NCBI GenBank assembly: GCA_010093995.1
Contig: ML992501.1
Location: 2,483,320-2,547,319 of the forward strand
Length of the DNA stretch: 64,000 nucleotides
From: Elsinoe ampelina
Taxonomy: Eukaryota
Direction of reading: 5' to 3'
The notes beneath the pieces are model-generated. The model saw nothing but the letters and a program-made list of their open reading frames with translations. It had not been told where the DNA came from and did no database searches. Both the position numbers and the translations under genes were made by a program. Of the stretch, positions 1-11,227 are shown piece by piece (the first letter of the stretch is position 1; every line of letters begins with the position of its first letter).

Positions 1-2231
1 CAAGGCTTCGGTCTTGGTTGTGATAATCCACAAATGGGCAAGCGATATTTTCAGCTCGTCAAGATGGTTTGGATAGCCTGAAGCCATGCCAATATTCATG
101 TCGGAAATAGCGGGACATCTCGACCGAACTGTCAACAAGGCGATCTTCCTCTTCCGGAGGATGAGCAAAGTATACAGTAGCGGGCACCATCATCCGTGCT
201 TCAGAATTTGATGGATGCAGGTCCAGCGATCCGGCCGAGGTGCGTCTTGCTTGCATAACCAAAGTCTGTCCATGAGTCGCGACAAGTTCCCTGGTTCGCA
301 ACAGACAAGGGTGGGTAAAGCTTAAAGCGGATATCCCGCCCTGCAGCATGCGTGTGATGCGACTCGAAAGGAAATCTGGGAGAGCAAGCGGCTGATGCGT
401 AGATCTTCCGTCCCCGCCTTGCCTCAGGTGAAGCACAAGGACATCCATCTCGCAGCTTTCCTTTGTTCTCTCGTGGGCAGCTGAACACAACCCACGCGCC
501 ACCTTGCGAGTACAGACAATTGCTCACGAGGATCGAGGCCCAGAAACTCAGGTTGCCCACCATCAATTGATCTTCCGTCCAAGACGGATACCTATTACTC
601 CATTCGTGCAACCGAGCGGGATGTGCATAGCCTACGAGTCAACACCTGCCACGTAGAATGCTCTGCCTCGCACGCCATGCTGAATCCGACCAGTAGCGCA
701 AGCCACACTCTTCGCAGGACAAAGTCCAAGACTAGGGCGTAGCTTGCAACGCCGACCAGTCGCGGCCCTCCAAAAACAAACTTCAACGACAGGGATGAGA
801 CGGAAGAAATCCAGCTCGGCGGAGTACTTGATGACCTGTAGACTTTTCCCACCATCGCAACCGGGACGGACTATCACCCAATTGCGGGCCCCACAGCCCA
901 CCGTGTCATGTCCGTTGATTGGATCTTCCCTGATCCTCCTTTACCACTCTGTCGGGATTCTAGTAGCGCCAAAATTGCCTTTTTCTCACCGCTCCTTATT
1001 GCAATATCGTCTCGGAGCCTCATTCCCTCCCAAATCGACACCCCCATCGAGCAAGAAAAGGGCCGAGGACTTGCCAAATCTACCCCGAGCCGATGGACAG
1101 GGGGAGCCAGTGACGACTTCTCGTTGAGGCGAACACTGGCCCAACCAACTCCTCTCGCTAGCCGGGATCACGCAAGGGTCGTGGGAGCCCGTGACACATG
1201 ATTCTGCTTCCCGGTCCGACAAAGCAAACATGGGAAGAACTCGATTGATCACGGAAAGGGGGTCAAGTTGAAGCGAAGCAATCGATGGGCGGAAAAGACG
1301 AAGCTATCATCAATGGCGCTCCATCATGTCGCCAGTCTGTACGTAAGCGTCGACGGTTCGTGAAATTGGGGCCCTATATGTCCACTGAAAATCCTGCATC
1401 TTCCCTTGTCATGGTCCGCTACGCAGGTGTGCTGGAAGCTGCAGGCAGAGTAGTGGTTCGGCACGGTGCGAGATGCAGGCAGACTTGCATTGTGCAGCCC
1501 CGGCCTTTTGGAGGTGTGGGAAATCCATGGGCTGCTAGGCTGGTTGCGCCCCGAGAGGTTTCCACCGCCCAGGTCGAGACGGTCTTTTTGCTTGCCTTGT
1601 GATTGCCCCCTTTGTGGTCTTGGGTCGTGGCGGTCTGCATGAGTTGTGGTCGGGCGGTCTGCAATGCACGTTTGCTGGAGTCCCTTGCCATGTTCGAAAC
1701 ATCATGCATGTTTCAGATCGATGTCTCGGGGTGCTGGTTCGTCCCTTGCGGCGGCCGCCAGCGTTACTCGTGCAGCGGTTTGACATGTGTCAGATGCGTG
1801 GTCGTGAAGATGATCGGCATCTGGCGGTGGACGAGTCAAGGACTATCTGAAACGATGTCTTGCATATATCACGCTTGACACAAAACGAATGGCAACGTCA
1901 TTTGCCTATAGTGATGAGTGACGGCCCGGTATAGCACGTGTAGGTACAGCTGCGCATTTCATTATATGGCTATTCATAGGGCCTTTTGCTCGAATAGGTG
2001 TGTCCAAGAGTCGACTCGATCATGATATGTTGTCTTCGAATATTGCCCGGTCCTTCAAGGAGAAGATCCAGAGGGTTTCTAAAGCACAAAAGACATTCAA
2101 TCTTCGCTGTCCGAGTGAGTCGAGGGCATTACGGAGCACAAGGCCATGCCTGACGCAAAGAAGACGGCGTATGTATCACTCTATATCTATACATGCACAA
2201 GCCTGCGTGGCTGCAGATCACCTACCAGCAT

Positions 2232-2684
2232 CTATGGTACTTTGACATACTTGGTATGCGAGCCCGTTGCGACTGCTTTGCCTCTCTTGCCATGCTCGAC
2301 CTTGAAAACGTTGATCTTGGTGAAAGCAAGGCTGCCACCTACGCGCTCGGCGATGCCCTCGATCTCGACCTCGTCACCTTCCTTGACAGAGCTTTGATAC
2401 GTGACGTGGATGTCAATGCTGGCTCCAGTGGTGTTGCGCAGGTCCCACGAGGCGATCGCGAGTCCGCCGGCCCAGTCAACAATGGTAGCAGATACCGACC
2501 CATGTATGCCGCCTTTCGAGTTCATATGTGCCTTCTCCATCTTCAGGCGGAAGACCACATGGCCCTTCGTGACAGACTGGATGCGGACGTCGGACAGTAG
2601 CAGCTCGTAAATCGGGTTCGCCGGAACGTTTTTGGCAATGTAGTCCTCAACGTGAGTGTACTCTGCAGACTTTTCGCTAACCAT
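2232..2684 (-). CDS. PaaI/ACOT13-like hotdog-fold acyl-CoA thioesterase
   Basis: Single-exon 150-aa ORF with the HMNSKGGIHGSVSATIVD motif (N-x-x-G-x-x-H-G...D), plus GASIDIHVTY and VATGSHTKY, typical of the 4HBT/THEM2 family. Confidence 0.88.
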   Translation of the reverse strand: MVSEKSAEYTHVEDYIAKNVPANPIYELLLSDVRIQSVTKGHVVFRLKMEKAHMNSKGGIHGSVSATIVDWAGGLAIASWDLRNTTGASIDIHVTYQSSVKEGDEVEIEGIAERVGGSLAFTKINVFKVEHGKRGKAVATGSHTKYVKVP

Positions 2685-3216
2685 GATGATAGGTCGACAA
2701 GGTAAAAGGCAGGCGAATATGCACGAATGGGGGGAAATACTGTCATTATTAGCGACCGATCATGTACCTCAGCAACGTGCATGCGACTCACATCTTCAAT
2801 GGCTGGTTTTAGATGAGAAGGTGTAGCAAATTTTGCGGTGTGGGAGACGCGGACGTGCCTGCCAAGCGTTGACGTCATGCGGCTCCGGCGGTATTGAGCA
2901 TGTGTTCTCAGCAGCCGGGCCCTACCTTACCTAGGTACCTTAGATCCCGGATGGACACCTGACTGTATCAGCACTATCTTCTTGTCAATCCTTTGGACCA
3001 GCTCACCTCTTCCGCGGCTTGTAGTCCGTGTGATCGTCCGAGTTGATCTTGAGTTGAAACGTTGTTACTTTCCTGCCTTGTGCAACCTCCAAATTGGCAA
3101 CCATTCGCTCCCTCCTTTCTACACTTGGTCGTAGAGGACAGGCACTTGCCAATGTGATTGAAAGCCCAAATCTCCAGAAAATCTGGCCGACTGCTCCTCG
3201 GACAAATCATGCTGAT

Positions 3217-6200
3217 ATGCCGGACTCTCCTACAAACCCTACGGCTTCGAAATCTTCTACGAACTCATCATTAGGTGTCACTCGTGGGTCTACCTCCGGA
3301 CCCAGCGGCGATGATGGCGATATCTCTAGCCTCGGTCTCCAACCACAGAGAGGCGGCGACCATAGAATCAGTCATCGTAGAGGTCTGAGCCTAAGATCAT
3401 ACCCTAAAGACTGCCCTCCTCTGCATGTGCAGTGGTTTTTCGCTGTCGACGTGCCAAAACGCAAGCCCAAACTGCTGGGCGGAGCCCCTACCGAGAATGA
3501 AGAGACCAAGGTCCAACCCAAGAAGTATGCTCCTTTCTCAAAGCATGACTCCAAATCAATCGAGGCTGCTTTCCAACAGCTCATGGAGAATGACGACAAC
3601 GTCGATCGAGGAAAGCTAGGCCAACCCGGCATTAACGACCATGGCGACATTGGGGCATCGAGAAACATGAATTCAGGAGGAGATGAAAACGATGCTCCAT
3701 CGACCAAGGTACCGGTGAATGAGGACTTCCTCTTCGATGTGGACATCGAGAAACGGGAGCTAGAACCGGCGTACTGGCTAGGTCCCGTGTATGAAGTCAG
3801 ACGAGGGTCGTGGTTCCATCAAGGTATGACTGTGCAAACATCGTCCGAAAACAACTCACTGACCAACGACACAGAGGGCAGTGTACAAAGGCCAGCAGAT
3901 GAGAATCTGGCACACCAACTTGAAGAAGGCTACTTGAAACTTGCTCCCTGGAAGTTCCCTGCTCAACGATCGGCTTCGCAACCTAGGTCGTCCTCGAAGC
4001 CTGGTGCACGACCAAAGAGCTTGATAGAAGCAGCAAAACCGGCCGCTTCGACTCCTGGTAGTCCCAAAATACCACCCGCTGACACAGACAACGATGAGGC
4101 GGGGAAGGACAATCACATAGAGAACCGCTCGCGCCAGCTCTCAGATCCGTTCAACAGGACTCATAGGCTGTTTGGACCCTACTCGAACTCGGTAGTCACC
4201 TACCAAGATGCTACTACTGCGTACATCTTAACCGATGACTTCATGTCTCGCATGAGCAGTACCGTTTACGGTCGCTTTGCTGGTGGTAGTCACTTTGCTG
4301 GCATGAAGGTCACAAGAGGACATGTGGACACAGCCAAGAAGGTGGAGGTCAAAGACACGAAAGCAGAGAGCGATAAGAAAGATGTCAAGGACGAGAAAGA
4401 GGACAGGCATCTCAAAGTTACTGCCCCAGACTCAGGTGATGATCAGCAACCCATGAGTGCATCTATTCTCAGTCCGGCCTCAGAAGAGAAACGACGCACC
4501 CTGGAACGTCACATGTCCTCGCTAGTAAGTTCTAGTACAGCGCAGGATGCAGCGCAACAAGAGGAAGAAGTGCGCAAGCGGGATGAACGAGAGATCCAAG
4601 ACGACTACAAGGATACCGAAGGCGATGAGCAGAATCGGCCTATCGAGCATTTGCTACTGGTCACCCATGGAATTGGACAACGACTTGGTCTCCGACTGGA
4701 GACTGTCAACTTTGTTCACGATGTGAACTCTTTGAGAAAGACTCTGAAGTCAGTCTACAGCAACTCGCCGGATTTGCAGGCACTGAACGCTGAAGTCGAC
4801 TCCCTGCCAAAGAATTGTCGCGTACAAGTCCTTCCTATCAACTGGCGCCACAAGCTTGACTTTCCGAAGACAAGTCTGAAGCACAACAAGAAGGAGCTAG
4901 ACCTTGGAGACGTTTTCGAGGAGGACGAGTACCCCAATCTGGAAAACATCACTGTTGAAGGGGTTCCAGCAGTGCGAGGACTAATCACAGATCTTGCACT
5001 CGACATCTTGCTATACCAAAGTCCAATTTACCGCGACCACATTACAAAGATTGTGGTTGAAGAATGCAACAGGATTTATGGTCTTTTCAGTCAACGCAAT
5101 CCTGGCTTCAAAGGTCGAATCAGCCTGGTCGGTCATTCACTCGGCAGCGCATTGATGTGGGATATCTTATGCCAGCAAGCTCCGGAGTCAAGCCTATCTC
5201 GATCGAGTGTCTCACGCCAAAAGGGTTCGTACAACGTCCAGCTTGATTTCAAGGTCGAGGACTTCTATGCTCTGGGTTCCCCGATCGGACTCTTTCAGAT
5301 GCTTCAAGGTCGGACAATCGCAGCACGAAAGTCGCTCACCAAGACTGCACCACTGGACGAACCCAACGTGGATCCCTTCTTGGACGAACCTCCTACGGGA
5401 AGATCTGGGAGGACGGTTGAAGGAGTAACAGCATCCGACATGCACGTGTCGGCGCCAAAGTGCAAGCAAGTCTTCAACATCTTCCACCCTACCGATCCGA
5501 TTAGTTATCGAATTGAACCACTGATCTCACCCGCCATGTCTACTCTCAAACCACAGCCCTTGCCTTACACGAAACGAGGGATTTTTGGAGCGAACATGGG
5601 TCAAGGTCTCTCCGGCATCGGTACCAGAGTTGGTCAGAGTGTCTCTGGCTTCTGGAGCAGCTTCAGCTCCGGAATCGCGAGCAGCCTGCTCAACCGAAGT
5701 CTGGGCATCTCAGCGGATGATGAGAGCAAGATGCGAGCTCAAGCCTCAGCTTCGAAGTCGAGTGCGCCACTAGGCATGTCAAATGCGAACGATGCTGGTA
5801 GTAATACTCCACCGAAGGATAGCAAGCGGCCAGTGTCGTATGGTGGGGATAAGACGATGACAGATCTGAGCCAGGCTATTGTCAGACCAGGGGAGGATGG
5901 TGAGCACCCGCCAACACTGATTGATACGGAACTGGAAACACTCTATGCCGGCTTTCAGCGTCGTAGGAAGAGTGTTCAGAGCGATGGCGGGAGGGATCTG
6001 GGCCAAAGTGCTGAATGGGAGGAAGCTGAAAGGAGGGCGAGGAAGCTCAAGCAGGAAGAGCTCAAGGTCAGGGCACTCAATAGCAATGGGAGGGTGGACT
6101 ACAGTATTCAGGAGTGAGTCATGATGATCATTTGCACTGTCGGATATGCTAATTCTCTTTAGGGGAGCATTCGACATTTCGCTCATCGCCGCCGTGGCTT

Positions 6201-6298
6201 CGCATTTGTCGTATTGGGCTGACGAGGATGTGAGCCATTTCATCATATCCCAACTCCTCTCGCGACACAGGGTCCTTAAGCGGCCAAACACATCCTGA
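3217..6298 (+). CDS. DDL1: DDHD-domain intracellular phospholipase A1 (Ddl1/YOR022C-like)
   Basis: VTHGIG, lipase GHSLGS, FYALGSPIG, NIFHPTDPISYRIEP, GRVDYSIQEG and SHLSYW motifs. Introns 3824-3874 (51 nt, in frame, no stop) and 6114-6162; last exon ends ...KRPNTS-TGA at 6298. First ATG is 3217, and the frame is open upstream to 3058. Confidence 0.9.
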
Positions 6299-6347
6299 TT
6301 GGCATTCTGGGTACCCAGGCGGCAGCGACAATCTCATGACCACCAGC

Positions 6348-7262
6348 TTAATCTGCGAGAGGCACCAGTCTACGGCTTGATATCCAGGTCCTCCATTCGC
6401 CACCTTTCTCCTGGGCAATCTGCAGCGGCACACGCCCTTGACCGTCTCTTAAGGCACGAATGTCAACGAGGTTCTCCTGATCTTGTCTCTGGAGTCCTAA
6501 TCGCTGCACCTCGCCGAACATGACCGCTGGAAACTCGTGAGAGTTGAGCTTGGTCCCGAGGTAGAGCAGTAGCCAGGCGACATCATGGTTGTCGTTTGCG
6601 ATGGCAGCATGAAGACCGGATTCCATGTCACCGAGAGTGTCTTGATACCGTATTACCTCAGCGGCAGAGGGTACAGGAATTTCATCGTCATCTTCATCAT
6701 CGTCCTCGTCGTCATCGTCCTCTGGAGCATCTGGTAGTTCGTCGCTGGCTCCGGCCTCGGCTCTCGCGCGCCGGGCGGCAAATCTTCGATCACACTGTAG
6801 CAACAGCCTAGCGATGTCTGCGATATCGCTACTCTCCTCGCGACATAGCTCCAGAAAGGAACGACAGATCCGCTCTTGAGGGTGAACCCGAAGGTAGTTC
6901 TCTTCTTGGATAAGGGGATAGATGTTCTCGCTCTCCTGGGCACCGCCCTCATTCTCGATATTGACAAGGACCTGGACGCCGGCAGCCGTCGGAATGGAAA
7001 TCTCCCATCCACATTTTGGGCAATGGGTATCGTTGTTGTTGTCCATGAAGCATTGCCTACAGGAAGGTCAGTAGTGGCGTGACAGAAGGGGTAGACGACT
7101 TTGAACCTACCAGTGGTAGTGGCAATTACACGAGAGCTCAAGATCATCGGGGACGTAGTGAGAGTGGCCATTGGCATAGGCAGAGGTCGGCACACCAGGT
7201 TCATCGGCTTCTTCCTCGACTGGGACCATCAAGGGGTCGTTGCACCAGACACAGGTTGCCAT
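6348..7262 (-). CDS. RING-type zinc finger + ankyrin-like repeat protein
   Basis: Exon 1 (7262-7111) MATCVWCNDP...LSCNCHYHW splices via intron 7110-7057 (GTAGGT...CTGAC...TAG) to QCFMD...CPKC, giving a C-x2-C...C-x-C-H-x-H-x2-C...C-x2-C array. The C-terminal SGLHAAIANDNHDVAWLLL and DGQGRVPLQIA are ankyrin-like. Confidence 0.75.
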
Positions 7263-7750
7263 TTTTATGACCGTGACGAAAAGACTTGTTTGATGAGCTG
7301 GAGAAACGGACAGATTATTGGGTAGACCACTGCAAATTTATAACCTTTCCTCTTGCCCTTGATTCGTTTGGTGCGACATTACACAGCTGAACACATGGTC
7401 GCATGGTAAAATCTGGTCGTATTTTCCTATGAGGTACGACAGTACCAGAATTTCAGCCGGAAAAGTGACGTCGGCAGGGTCTTCCCTCGTTCGCCTTTCA
7501 CAGCTCAAAAAGTGCACGTGGCCCGAGCTCCTCGTCGCCTAAAGCCCGCTCTCTGTTTATTTGCCCTCCACCTCACTCTTTTCCTTCTGTCGCAAAGCTG
7601 TTCACGCCACTCGTCGCATCCTGGTCATCCAGAGGCGCACTTCCCTCACTCACTATGCGCACGCAGCAGCTTTGAGTACATCTTTCCTAAGACGTCACTC
7701 CGGCTTCATCTCTCCCTTCTTATCTATCTCCCCACTCACCCACCGTCGCA

Positions 7751-9865
7751 ATGGCTGACGATGGCTACGAATACCTGGAGCCTGGCTTTGATCCCGCCTC
7801 GTTCACAGTCCCGAAGCTGCGATCCATCCTGGTAACTCACGACGTCTCATATCCAGCATCGGCAAAGAAGCCTGACCTTATCAATCTCTTTAACGAGAAC
7901 ATCCTACCACAAGCGAAGAAGCTGCGCGAGCAACAAATCAGGATCAGGCGCACTTCTAAAGGAATCGTCAGCGTCTCTCCAGGTGGCAACGCGATCGACA
8001 AACGTCATGAGTACGTGGAAGAGGATGAGCTGCCTCCGCTGGAAACGCCTGCACGAAAATCCTCAAGGAGGAGTGGGCGCGCATCCACGGAAGACATGGT
8101 AGCTGCTACACCTCGCACCTCGCGATCCACACGACAGAGTACGGCACCTCCGACAGGGATACGCGGGTCCGTGAAGCCGGTGAGTTCCTATGACGGAACC
8201 GCGGAAGGACTTGAGGTGCCTAAGCCTCGCACCACCAGAAAAAGTGTTTCGCCCGCCGCAGAAGACACCAAAGCCGACGAATCACCATTCACACAGGACA
8301 ATCCGTTCCAGAAAGGTTCTCCGCCACCTACCGCTCGGAGCAAGAGTGGAACAAGACGGAGGACGACAATGGGTCAGACGTACGACGAGGATCGCCACAA
8401 GTCACGCGATAGTCGTCGTAAGACCGAGGGATACACCAACGGCACTTTGCAGAAGGCTTCGACCAAGTCCAACACTCCAGCTCCTGGGTTCAAGCAAGAG
8501 TCGGATGACGATATCCAGCCGGGTGAAGAGTTCACGCCAGATCAGCAACTCGAGCTCGATACAGCACTCGCAGGAGATCGCGCCTTGGTTCGCCGACCAC
8601 AGAAGCGCCGCTCCGGGGCCGCGAAAGCTGCACCCTGGAGCATTTTTGTTGCGCTTCTTGGCGGCGTTGCAACTGTGTGGAGGCAAGAGAAATTGGCGGT
8701 TGGATACTGCGGCATCGGGTCACCAAGTCCTGCTGTCGGGGGCGTCGAAATCCCAGAATGGGCGTCGGCCATACGTCCTCAGTGCGAGCCTTGCCCTCAG
8801 CACGCGTACTGCTATGCGGATCTCAAGACTGTTTGCGAACCAGACTTTGTCCTCACCCCTCACCCGCTGAGCTTGGGAGGAGTGATACCCTTACCACCGA
8901 CATGCGAGCCGGACGGAGAGAAGGCGAGGCGCGTAAAGGCTGTTGCGGACTTTGCTGTTGAGAAAGAGCTTAGGGAGCACAATGCGAAGTACGAGTGTGG
9001 AGAGGTGAAGAGTGCAGAAGTTCCAGTTGAGGAACTGAAGACTGCGGTGTCGAGTAAGCGCAGCAGGAAGATGAGCGATCGCGAATTCGATGAATTGTGG
9101 GAGAGTGCTCTTGGAGAGATTGTAGGCAGAGAGGAGGTCGTGAGCGGAAGCGATGGGTAAGTCTTTCTGTTTTCCATTTCCTTACACATTACTTCTTTAT
9201 CGTATACCTTTAAAAGCTTACACTAACAGTCTTGCCCTTACTCCAGCTCCCGAGCCCTCCTCCGCTCCACCAGTCTCGCAAGAGTCCCCTTCTCCTGCGC
9301 CGTCAGAAGATCACTTCATGCAGCGCTTAGACAGCATCTTCCGAAGCTTGTAGCTGTCATCTTCCTTTCATTATCAGCAGTTTATGGCAAGCATGCTTTG
9401 ACAGTCAGGAAGTCTACATCGTCGCGCGCGAAAATACTCGCTGGATCGGCACTGGAGAAACTCGCCTGGCAAGCCAGTGTACATGCAGAAGACCCAGTCG
9501 CATATCCGGAATCGTACATATCCATGGTGGCTTTACGGGATGATGTTTTGAGGCAGGAATTCAACGTCAAGGAACGCGGTCGCCTTTGGGAGGTCGTCAA
9601 GGGACTGGTAGAAGGAAATGCCAATGTCAGGTCTATGGTCCGAGAGGGCAGAGCAGGCGAAGTCAGCAGGGTATGGGAATGGATCGGGGCTGTTCAGAGG
9701 ATCGAGAGTCCTGATGGCAGGAGAGGGAGTACAAGATTCAGTCTTGGAGGACCTGGTAGGATTACGGGGCCGAGCACACCCCAGGCTGGGTATACCACTG
9801 ATCAGGGAGAAAAGAGCGATTTCGAAGTGAGCAGGTGGACGGAGGGGAATACTTCGTACTTTTGA
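7751..9865 (+). CDS. SRC1: Inner nuclear membrane LEM/HeH-MSC protein Src1/Heh1 (Man1-like)
   Basis: N-terminal HeH/LEM (YLEPGFDPASFTVPKLRSIL..YP..AKK.DLI.LF), TM segment, Cys-rich luminal domain (GYCG, CEPCP.HAYC, CEPD), second TM and C-terminal LRDDVL...VWEWIG. Intron 9157-9246. Confidence 0.9.
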
Positions 9866-10187
9866 TAGGAAGGCTTGAAGACACCACGCAGCGCTGTCAT
9901 GCCCTTGCTTATCATTCATGACTCCAATGCCTCCAAATAGAAACTTGCATGCTGGTATCCACACTTCACGTCCAAGAACGAACTTATGTAGAAATGCCAG
10001 TCCGAATTCAAACAATTCATGACAATATTTCCAAACTCCCTTCCTTGCGCTCTCTGTTTGCGATCTCCCCGCAAAAGTCTCTGCACGTGACGCCAAGACT
10101 CACGCACCACATACCAAAATTCAAACGACAATTTCAAGCTGGTCACCATCACGCCAATTTCCATCAACGCCAACCAATACCGCCAAA

Positions 10188-10902
10188 ATGGTAAGTTTCA
10201 AGCACTCGGACATATCGTCGGCGACTCTCGTATCCATAGAATCACTGCGCACTCATCGAACTGGACATTCGACACTTCCGCAAGACCGACAAGAGAATTC
10301 GACTTTGTGCGCCCCACCAAGCGACGATGAGCAACAGAATTCAACGCAAAGAGCGAGGAAACGGATGTATAAGCTGGCATGCGTCTTGTCGCTAGATTCT
10401 GGATTATTTACAGCGCAGACAATGAATCGATGGATACCAGAGCCGACACGCCTCGACCAATACAACAGAACGCTTTACAGAATCAGATGACACAAGAAGC
10501 TAACTCCTCTCCCCCAGGTCAACGTCCCCAAAACTCGCCGCACCTACTGCAAGGGCAAGGACTGCAAGAAGCACACCCAACACAAAGTCACACAATACAA
10601 AGCCGGCAAGGTACACATCCACCCAACCCAACCCCCCCTTCCCTGCAGTCCAGCATTCTAACCCTCTCCCTTTCCAGGCCTCGCTCTTCGCCCAGGGAAA
10701 GCGCCGTTACGACCGCAAGCAGTCCGGATACGGAGGACAGACCAAGCCTGTGTTCCACAAGAAGGCCAAGACGACCAAGAAGGTGGTGTTGCGTCTCGAG
10801 TGCACCGCCTGCAAGACGAAGGCGCAGTTGGCGTTGAAGCGATGCAAGCACTTTGAGTTGGGAGGTGATAAGAAGACGAAGGGTGCGGCGCTGGTTTTCT
10901 AG
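10188..10902 (+). CDS. RPL42: 60S ribosomal protein eL42 (L42/L44/L36a)
   Basis: ATG-only exon 10188-10190, intron 10191-10517, exon 10518-10610, intron 10611-10677, exon 10678-10902. Spliced protein [61 protein letters not shown]...LVF. Missed by the ORF track. Confidence 0.97.
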
Positions 10903-11227
10903 ATGGGTGGATCTTGAGAATGGATGGATGGGAGGATGGAGGGGGGTATACATGCATGGGATGGCTGGTTACCCGTCGGACTCGTCATGGGTCATGTGGC
11001 GGTTTGATGGCTGTAGAGGTGTGTTGAGGATGAATACCACGATGCATCTTTGAAGAATCACATCATGTGCGATGAGTGCATCATCTTTATGTGATTGAGT
11101 GAAACCATTTTGCCCTTATCCATGCTGAAGTCTTATATTGATACATGGCTTGCCCCTCCCAGCGAGCAAATGAAACCGAAATCTTGCGACACGTTCTCAA
11201 TCGTCCCCTCACTCAACCCTTTTGCTT

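Noticed and set aside
1..2200. Several 60-150 aa ORFs at the window start
   Set aside because: No recognisable motif, codon bias or consistent splice model. This may be the leader or promoter of a gene beyond the left edge and cannot be resolved here.
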